A DNA stretch of 64,000 nt from assembly GCA_965233585.1 (NCBI GenBank), contig CBDDTI010000747.1, positions 448,001 to 512,000 on the forward strand. Reading direction: 5' to 3'. This document shows positions 56,934 through 64,000 of the stretch, in pieces. The notes beneath the pieces were generated by a model, which ran no database searches, had not been told where the DNA came from, and saw nothing but the letters and a program-made list of their open reading frames with translations. Position numbers and translations under genes: made by a program. Source of the stretch: a bacterium (GTDB lineage: Bacteria; SAR324; NAC60-12). Within the stretch, counting starts at the first letter, position 1. The number at the start of each line of letters is the position of its first letter.

Positions 56934-59546
56934 ATGCAGTACAGCAGATTCAAAACACTCATCAAATCGTTTTTCTGCTTGACTTTTCTGCTTGTCGCAT
57001 GCTCCGAAACACCTCAAACACCTGATGAAGAGGTCATCACGCCTGAACCACAACAGCCCCCTGAAACTATCACGAAACCTCCGCCAGAACTTGAACCTCC
57101 AAAACAACAAACAAGAATATCAGCAGGAGGAGCTTACGTTTGCTTCCAGCAATTTGATGAAAAAGTCAAATGTTGGGGACAGAATGATAGTGGACAGCTT
57201 GGGCTTGGTGATTCAAATAACAGAGGTGATGAGCCAGATGAAATGGGTGGAAATCTCAATTCGTTGTCAGATGAAATCAAGGCTTTGACAACAGGAAGTC
57301 TTCATGCTTGTTCACTCCTTGAGAACGACACTGTGAAGTGTTGGGGAAACAATGCTTATGGACAACTCGGCTTAGAAAATCAACAAAATCAAAGCACTCC
57401 AGCACTTGCAAAAATCTCTGATGTGAAGGCGTTGACTGCAGGAGGAGACCATACTTGCGCTTTGCTCAATGATGGGAGTGTGAAGTGTTGGGGGGATAAT
57501 AAATACGGGCAAATTGGCATAGAAGGGGCTTTGCATCGTGGCACAAAATCTAATGAAATGGGGGCGTTCCTTGCCACACGGACTTTTGAAAAACAGGTCA
57601 TACAAATTGCCACAGGTTTAAGTCATACCTGCATCTTGCTCCAAAACGGCAATGTGAAATGTTGGGGGGAGAACAGACATGGGCAACTTGGCATCGGTAA
57701 AAGTACTAACTTAGGCGTCATTCAAGGTTCTATGAGCAAGCTACAAAACATTGCATTTGGAACAAACCGACATGCAATCTTCCTTGATGCAGGCAAGAAT
57801 CACACTTGCGTCATTCTTGACAATGGCAATGCCAAATGCTGGGGTCAAAATGAAAGCGGACAGCTTGGGCTTGGCGACACAGCAAATCGTGGAATCCAAG
57901 CAAGTGATATGGGGGATAACCTGCCAGAAATTGAGTTTGGTCAGAAGATCAAGCAAATTGCATTGGGGGGAAGTCACACCTGTACCTTGCTAGAAGATGG
58001 TGCTGTCAAATGTTGGGGTCAAAATGAAAGCGGACAGCTCGGACTTGGCAATACAGAAAACATAGGAGACGATTCAGTAGAACAAAGTCAGACTTTCACC
58101 TCAGTCCTTTTGAAGCCAAACCGCAAAGCCGTTGCGATTGCCGCTGGGGACGCCTTCAGCTGTGCTTTGCTTGATGATGAAACCGTTCAGTGTTGGGGGA
58201 ATAATCTCAATGGACAACTCGGGCTTGGTGATACAAACAACAGAGGAGATGAGTCAAATGAAATGGGACAAAATCTGCTCACAGTGGAGCTGGAAGCCTC
58301 TCATAAAATTAAAAGAGGTGATGCCGTCATCGCCACTTCTCAACACACTTGTTCAGTCTTAGATAACGACCAAATCAAATGTTGGGGGGACAACACACGG
58401 GGACAGCTCGGGCTTGGTGATATACGAAGCAGAGGCGTCCAATTAAATGAAATGGGGGCAAGACTGCCTTCTATTCAGCTTGGCGACACAGTCAAATCAG
58501 TCAATGTCAACAAAGATTTTGCTTGTGCCATCTTGAACAATGACCAAGTCAAATGCTGGGGGGACAATACACGCGGGCAACTTGGAATCAATTCCTCCCA
58601 AACTTCTATTGGTCAAGTGCTTGATGACATGGGAGACGCTTTGCCCACTGTTCCTTTACAAGGCAAGACAAGCCAACTTTCCCTAGGCGACCGCTTTGCC
58701 TGTGCCTTGCTAGAAAATAGTACTGTCAAATGCTGGGGGAATAATCTCAATGGACAACTGGGATTGGGAGACCGCAATGCAAGGGGTGATGGAGTGTTGC
58801 GCATTTCTAGCCTTCCCGTAGATTTAGGCACAGGACGCACTGCAAAAGCCATTGGAACAGGAACTTCACATGCCTGCGCAATTTTAGATGATGACAGCTT
58901 GAAGTGCTGGGGGAACAACTTACATGGACAATTAGGGTCAGGAGACAAAGTAGAATATGGCTCAATTCCTAATATGGGCGACCTTCTTCCTGTTGTGAAT
59001 TTAGGCACGGGACGCACTCCAAAGGCAATCAGTTTAGGGAACTTTCATACTTGTGCAATTTTGGATGATGACAGCTTGAAGTGCTGGGGGAACAATGAAA
59101 GTGGACAGCTTGGGCTTGGGGATACAACTTCTCGTGGTGAAAGTGCTAGTCAAATGGGCGATGACCTTCCTGCTGTGAATCTAGGCACAGGACGCACTGC
59201 AAAAGCCATCAGTGCAGGGGCGTTGCATACTTGTGCGATTTTAGATGATGACACTTTGAAGTGCTGGGGGAACAATGAAAGTGGACAGCTCGGACTTGGG
59301 GATACGACTGCCCGCGGTGAAAGTGCAGGTCAAATGGGGGACGACCTTCCTGTTGTGAGTTTAGGCACAGGACGCACTGCAAAAGCTATTAGTGCAGGAG
59401 AGTCCAACACATGCGTTGTTTTAGATGATGACAGCTTGAAGTGTTGGGGGAACAATGAAAGTGGACAGCTTGGACTTGGCGATACGATTGCCCGCGGTGG
59501 AAGTGCTGGTCAAATGGGAGACGCTCTTCCTGCTGTCAGCCTATAA
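56934..59546 (+). CDS. RCC1-repeat lipoprotein (about 14 repeats, probably two propellers)
   Basis: Lipobox LVAC, Pro-rich linker, repeated H(T/A)CA.L....VKCWG.N..GQLG; last repeats near-identical at a 177-180 bp period. Confidence 0.92.
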   Translation: MQYSRFKTLIKSFFCLTFLLVACSETPQTPDEEVITPEPQQPPETITKPPPELEPPKQQTRISAGGAYVCFQQFDEKVKCWGQNDSGQLGLGDSNNRGDEPDEMGGNLNSLSDEIKALTTGSLHACSLLENDTVKCWGNNAYGQLGLENQQNQSTPALAKISDVKALTAGGDHTCALLNDGSVKCWGDNKYGQIGIEGALHRGTKSNEMGAFLATRTFEKQVIQIATGLSHTCILLQNGNVKCWGENRHGQLGIGKSTNLGVIQGSMSKLQNIAFGTNRHAIFLDAGKNHTCVILDNGNAKCWGQNESGQLGLGDTANRGIQASDMGDNLPEIEFGQKIKQIALGGSHTCTLLEDGAVKCWGQNESGQLGLGNTENIGDDSVEQSQTFTSVLLKPNRKAVAIAAGDAFSCALLDDETVQCWGNNLNGQLGLGDTNNRGDESNEMGQNLLTVELEASHKIKRGDAVIATSQHTCSVLDNDQIKCWGDNTRGQLGLGDIRSRGVQLNEMGARLPSIQLGDTVKSVNVNKDFACAILNNDQVKCWGDNTRGQLGINSSQTSIGQVLDDMGDALPTVPLQGKTSQLSLGDRFACALLENSTVKCWGNNLNGQLGLGDRNARGDGVLRISSLPVDLGTGRTAKAIGTGTSHACAILDDDSLKCWGNNLHGQLGSGDKVEYGSIPNMGDLLPVVNLGTGRTPKAISLGNFHTCAILDDDSLKCWGNNESGQLGLGDTTSRGESASQMGDDLPAVNLGTGRTAKAISAGALHTCAILDDDTLKCWGNNESGQLGLGDTTARGESAGQMGDDLPVVSLGTGRTAKAISAGESNTCVVLDDDSLKCWGNNESGQLGLGDTIARGGSAGQMGDALPAVSL

Positions 59547-59568
59547 CATCAACATTGAATGGGGCAGA

Positions 59569-60924
59569 TTAAATACTGATTCCAATAGAACCAAAAATGA
59601 CATCATTGTTATACGTTCTTTGGTTGTTGCGATTGCCAAGGTCTCCTTCATACTTGGTGTATCCAAGACGTATCAAATTCCATGGCAAATTGATTTGGAA
59701 GCCATAAGAAGGAAGCTCTTGGTTGAGTCCTGCCCCCAGATAAAGTATATGATTCCCAAATAGGGGAAACAAACCGACTTGCATGCCCACGTGAGACCTC
59801 TGTCCAAATGAACGTACCTCTTTTTCTCCTTTGATGGTATAGGTTGTTTCAGTCAACATGTCTTTGACTTCAAATGCACCAAGAAACGATGCCAATTCAA
59901 AATCAAGATGAAGACTTGCCCCAGCATTCAAAGAGGCAGGAATCTCCATATTTGCCTTTTCAAATTTGACCCCTCCTATGTTTTGATACGTGATTCCAAA
60001 TTGATAAGCAGACTCTGGGCTTGGACGATACAAAATTCCCAACTCTTTGCCGATTCCTTCATCTTGTTTTTCTTCTGCCAAAGTAGAGATGTTGTCGCTA
60101 TTGGCAATCGCACTCACCAAAGTATAATCTTGCACGTTACGAACTTTGACGACATATTGCCTGACCAGCATACCAACACGTAGTGTGTCATCAAACAATG
60201 AAATTGCACCGCCAGAACTTTGAATGTCAATAAGCGCTGTTTGAAAGTTGATTGCAGTTTTCCAAACCAGATTAAAAATTTTCTGGGCTTGGTCCATATC
60301 CGATTGATTGTCATCTTTGAGCGTCTGTATTTCTTCTTCCAGCTTCTTTTTTTCTTCGGGGGTCATTTGAAAATCTAAGTTTTTCTTGAGGGAATCGTCA
60401 ATGAGCTGAGTGGCTTTTTTAGGGTCAGTGATTGAAATTTCATCTTGGTTTAGTGTAGAAAAGCTTAAAATTCCAAGTGCTGTAAAATAACGTTCTGCGG
60501 CAAAACCAAGCCTCTGCACTCCGATTCCTTCAAACAGCTGAAACTGAAAAGACAAATGCCCCCAGCCTTGACCACTCAGCAAAAAGATTTTTTCGTCCCG
60601 TGCGGCTTGGGCAACTTCCTGAGAAGTGTCAAAATCCCGTTCTGTCGCTTTGTTAAATTCATCTATAATTGTTTTATCAAAAGAAAGTTGCCCCCCAAGC
60701 AACAGGTCAAAGGTGGCAAGGTCTTCATCAGTTTTTACAACTCCTGCAATATTATACCTTGTGGCAAGTTCGCTCGTTGGCACTGCAGAAACCATCGCAT
60801 TACCCATAGACAATGCCCGATTATGAGACTGGTAGATGATAGAGCTGTCTATGACCAAGTCATCAGCAAAACTTGCCTCACTAAATGACCAAAAGATGAT
60901 TAAAAAGAAGCTAATCTTTTTCAT
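59569..60924 (-). CDS. TraF-like/FadL-like outer-membrane beta-barrel protein
   Basis: Signal peptide; RALSMGNAMV..YN-AG; G-GKELG-LY, GITYQNIG, GAGLNQ..SYG. Confidence 0.6.
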   Translation of the reverse strand: MKKISFFLIIFWSFSEASFADDLVIDSSIIYQSHNRALSMGNAMVSAVPTSELATRYNIAGVVKTDEDLATFDLLLGGQLSFDKTIIDEFNKATERDFDTSQEVAQAARDEKIFLLSGQGWGHLSFQFQLFEGIGVQRLGFAAERYFTALGILSFSTLNQDEISITDPKKATQLIDDSLKKNLDFQMTPEEKKKLEEEIQTLKDDNQSDMDQAQKIFNLVWKTAINFQTALIDIQSSGGAISLFDDTLRVGMLVRQYVVKVRNVQDYTLVSAIANSDNISTLAEEKQDEGIGKELGILYRPSPESAYQFGITYQNIGGVKFEKANMEIPASLNAGASLHLDFELASFLGAFEVKDMLTETTYTIKGEKEVRSFGQRSHVGMQVGLFPLFGNHILYLGAGLNQELPSYGFQINLPWNLIRLGYTKYEGDLGNRNNQRTYNNDVIFGSIGISI

Positions 60925-60987
60925 TGAACAATTAAAAAGAGGGTTTGGCAAAATGATGCAAGAAAGAAACCTAAACTTTCTTTAAGG

Positions 60988-62046
60988 CTACGATGACACT
61001 TTGAAAATCAAGAGGTTAAGCGATTTTTGGGTCATTGGGTCTGACTGTTTGAACACACAACGGTCATGCCAGTAATGAAGCCAACCTGTCGCAATGCCAA
61101 TTCCGCTGAAAAACAAAATCCAAGATTGACTTTGCAGTAAATTTTCCAGCAAGACAAACCAATTCTCTGAAATTCTTTGCGATTGAGGGAATCCGTCAAT
61201 TTCCATCAAAGGGAACAAAGGCAAAGTTAGCAACGCCCAAAAAGCAACCCAAAACAATGCACGGGACAGTGTAAAGTCAACTTGTTTTCTGTCAAACCTC
61301 ATCATTGCTGACTTGAGACCGACGCTGACAAACCAATGTTGCAAAGTCCAAAGGATTAAAAACTTCTCTGGTGTCAAAAAAACTGATGATGCTGAAATGA
61401 GGCTGACACTTAAAAGGTAGGTATGAAAAGAAGACGACTCACCCCTTCTTTGCCAAACCACGAACAATGTTGCACCTACAATGCAAAATAGGGCTGTCGT
61501 TAGTCCAAAATCCACAACCGTTTTAGAAAAATAAGGCAACCTCCAATCAGACCAAGATTCTTGTAAAAGAGAGACTCCATGCAAAAGTTCCACTAGCATT
61601 GGTAACACTCCAACGATTCCCCAGCAAAACCATTTCACATCGCTTGAATATGATTTTTGGTACAATCTCAACATGCCATAATGCTGTGCCGCATAATGAT
61701 AAAATGAAAATAACACATCAGGGACAGCCAGAATCATCAGCCTTTGCAAAGGAGAAAGAGACAAAAGAGATGATGGTAAAAACAACCAAATCAGAGGAAA
61801 AAAGAATAAAAGCAGAGAAACTTTGAAGACTTTGAGACCAGATTGCTGGCGGACAGGTTCAAAAAAACAATTCACCCAAAAAATCCAAACTGTTGCAAAA
61901 CGATGAGAAAGCCATAACCCGACCAAACCCACCATGTAAAGCACGTTCCAAGATGTCTGAGGCAACCAAAGCACTAATGGAAACAACCACAACCCTGAAT
62001 AGAACCAAAAAAAATTCCATTTTTTTTGATAAAGAAACATCAGCAA
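60988..62046 (-). CDS. Uncharacterised polytopic membrane protein with His motifs
   Basis: Hydrophobic; SHRFAT, YHYAAQHYG, QHW, LHYWHD. Confidence 0.6.
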   Translation of the reverse strand: MLMFLYQKKWNFFWFYSGLWLFPLVLWLPQTSWNVLYMVGLVGLWLSHRFATVWIFWVNCFFEPVRQQSGLKVFKVSLLLFFFPLIWLFLPSSLLSLSPLQRLMILAVPDVLFSFYHYAAQHYGMLRLYQKSYSSDVKWFCWGIVGVLPMLVELLHGVSLLQESWSDWRLPYFSKTVVDFGLTTALFCIVGATLFVVWQRRGESSSFHTYLLSVSLISASSVFLTPEKFLILWTLQHWFVSVGLKSAMMRFDRKQVDFTLSRALFWVAFWALLTLPLFPLMEIDGFPQSQRISENWFVLLENLLQSQSWILFFSGIGIATGWLHYWHDRCVFKQSDPMTQKSLNLLIFKVSS

Positions 62047-62141
62047 TCTTTGATATTTGTTGACTTTTTAAGGTGGTGGACGACTTTATTCAAGTTTCTC
62101 AAAACCCACTTTAGGAATCAATCATATCATTTTTTGAAAAT

Positions 62142-63164
62142 TTAAAAAGGGATACTGACATGAAGTAATTGATATTCTTGATCCACAGTGAGTTCTTCTG
62201 GGTTTTCCTCATACCAATCTTCGGTGAGTTGCCTTGCATCTTTCTTAGTGTCAAAAGGTTCATCTTGTTCATCGTATCTTGGAGTGAGAACAAAAATCAG
62301 GAAGTTATGCCAAGCATGATACGCCACTGCCGCACTTAAATCATGTTCCTCGTCATTAGGTTGATAGATATACCCCAAATATGCCCCAATCAATCCGACA
62401 GCGACCTTCCCGCCTACGTCATATTGAGTATGTGCCAAGCCAAAAAGAGCAGCAGTTGTCCAAATCCCTAAATGACGGTTGCCCATCCATTCACCTAAGG
62501 ATTTTTGAATTCCTGCCCGAAAAACTGCCTCCTCCCCGAATCCATTTGCCATCAGGTGGTTTGCAAACGCTAGTTGTTTGTATTCATCAAAAGTTGCACC
62601 GTTCCCAAAATGGACGATTCTGTCACCCGATGATGCCGCCAAAGTACTAAACGCAATCCCTCCAATTACCAGCCAGTTGTCATACCAATGTGCCACATTC
62701 AAAGGTGCAACAACAACCTCGTAAATCTCGCTTGAGTTCTCGCAGTCATGGGCATAAATATCCCAAGCATTTCCCCAACCCATTTTAGTTGAAAAGTTAG
62801 AATAGGCTTGATAGCGCATGGTAGATTTGTTGAGGAAAGTATGAGAAGTCTGTTTGCCCTCTGCAAACTCATCTTCTTTTTCAGTGTACACGGTGGCTTT
62901 GTCTTGGAAGTCAGAGTTTTCTTTTTGCATAGAGGCGTTGATTGAGGCAGACCACCTTAAACTTGAAAAAATCAACAGCTTGTCAGGTTGCCACGTGTAA
63001 AGATACCCAACACCCGGAACCAAAGCCTCTCCAATGGAAGAGATGAAACATTCTGTCCCGCCATAGCTTCTTGCAAAGACGTTTGTTGAAACGAGGTTTG
63101 TTGAAAGAAGACTTGCAAACAAACAAATACTGGTTTTTAAGAAAGTTTGGAACGATTTTGTCAT
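62142..63164 (-). CDS. CPBP family protease domain protein with signal peptide
   Basis: GEEAVFR, LFGLAH, AYHAWHN; AAGGA RBS. Confidence 0.75.
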   Translation of the reverse strand: MTKSFQTFLKTSICLFASLLSTNLVSTNVFARSYGGTECFISSIGEALVPGVGYLYTWQPDKLLIFSSLRWSASINASMQKENSDFQDKATVYTEKEDEFAEGKQTSHTFLNKSTMRYQAYSNFSTKMGWGNAWDIYAHDCENSSEIYEVVVAPLNVAHWYDNWLVIGGIAFSTLAASSGDRIVHFGNGATFDEYKQLAFANHLMANGFGEEAVFRAGIQKSLGEWMGNRHLGIWTTAALFGLAHTQYDVGGKVAVGLIGAYLGYIYQPNDEEHDLSAAVAYHAWHNFLIFVLTPRYDEQDEPFDTKKDARQLTEDWYEENPEELTVDQEYQLLHVSIPF

Positions 63165-63230
63165 GGTTTTCCTTAATTTTTGGGTTAAATGCTGATTTTT
63201 AGAAAAGTTTGGAATGGTTGGTGATTATTG

Positions 63231-63998
63231 TCAACTTCGTTTTTTCTTGCGGACTTCATTCACAGACCCTTGAATAGAGGCACGTAAATGTTCTACTTTG
63301 CGTCGTAAAATGTCGTTGGTTGCAAGTTCTTCTTCCAACTTTTTGATGGAAGTGTGCATCGCACTATGAGAACGTCCTAATGGCATACTGATTTCATTGA
63401 GAGTGAGGTCAGTCATCTGACGAGCTAAATAGGCATAGATGTTTCGTGCTTCAGTCAATCGGTCTCCCCTTTTTTTAGAACAAACATCAGCTTCTAACAG
63501 AGAGGCATTTTCACAAATTTTTTGTAAAATGGTCTTGATGTGCAGGTCAGATGGTTGTTCAGCTGGAGTGTCAAAGACTTGAAGTTCATTCCGCACCATT
63601 TCTGTTGTGATTTGTCTGTTGAGTAAAGAAGAATGGGCATTGAGACGGATCAAGGCTTGCCTGATCTTTCTCATATCTCCTACGGCAGACTTGGCAACCA
63701 ACTGACAAATATGAACAGGCAGAGAAAACCCAAGCCGTTTGGCAATTTGTTTGACACATTCTAACCTCGTTTTGAAGTCAGGCGTGTCTATTTGAGCCAC
63801 CAAACCAGACTCCAGCTTAGAAACCAGCTCATAACGACAATCTGTAAAATCACTGGGCTTCTTGACACATGAGGCAATCACTTGCTTTCTTTTTTGCAAC
63901 AGTTCGCTAATCGTGTGCAAAAGCTCTTCTTGACAGGCGTTTTTCCCTTGTAAAATCTGCAACCCATCTAAAATCAAAACATCACATTGCCTATACTT
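63231..63998 (-). CDS. DnaA-like protein (C-terminal AAA+ and domain IV; 5' end outside window), divergent
   Basis: KYRQCDVLILDGLQ..GK...QEELLHT, GL..I..PD..TR, SKKR....ARN..YLAR..T..L.EI...GR.HS. Confidence 0.8.
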   Translation of the reverse strand, partial: KYRQCDVLILDGLQILQGKNACQEELLHTISELLQKRKQVIASCVKKPSDFTDCRYELVSKLESGLVAQIDTPDFKTRLECVKQIAKRLGFSLPVHICQLVAKSAVGDMRKIRQALIRLNAHSSLLNRQITTEMVRNELQVFDTPAEQPSDLHIKTILQKICENASLLEADVCSKKRGDRLTEARNIYAYLARQMTDLTLNEISMPLGRSHSAMHTSIKKLEEELATNDILRRKVEHLRASIQGSVNEVRKKKRS

Positions 63999-64000
63999 TT

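Noticed and set aside
58613..59017. Antisense and nested ORFs from the track (e.g. 58613, 29214, 34880, 3226)
   Set aside because: They overlap well-supported genes and lack recognisable motifs
63165..63230. Replication origin next to the dnaA-like gene
   Set aside because: Short gap with no TTATCCACA cluster and no dnaN

Overview
A 64-kb, AT-rich chromosomal window from a Gram-negative bacterium (lpxA, lpxB, many lipoproteins). Gene content and style suggest a deltaproteobacterium such as SAR324, possibly host-associated; this is inference. Housekeeping genes (ilvD, rlmD-like, galT, leuCD, lpxB, lpxA, lpdA, sbmA/bacA) alternate with accessory DNA. The accessory DNA includes an amidohydrolase/sugar-type ABC operon, an orphan fliQ coupled to a divergent DRE-TIM enzyme behind a Cys6 micro-ORF, and repeat-rich surface lipoproteins (FN3, 7-blade SBBP propeller, RCC1). 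It also has two near-identical coiled-coil/PD-(D/E)XK genes, an intact IS1 element, a Type IIG/ISP-like restriction-modification gene and a degenerate DnaA paralog. Two things stand out. (1) An operon of paralogous CsgG/DUF6340-like TPR envelope proteins with HEAT-repeat and FlgT-N-like lipoproteins (36.0-42.1 kb), a candidate uncharacterised outer-membrane complex. (2) About 20 copies of a ~26-bp REP/RPE-like palindrome that flank accessory genes, serve as the IS1 target, truncate and fuse genes, and once sit in frame inside a lipoprotein. No rRNA, tRNA or CRISPR array was seen. All family assignments come from motif recognition, not database searches.
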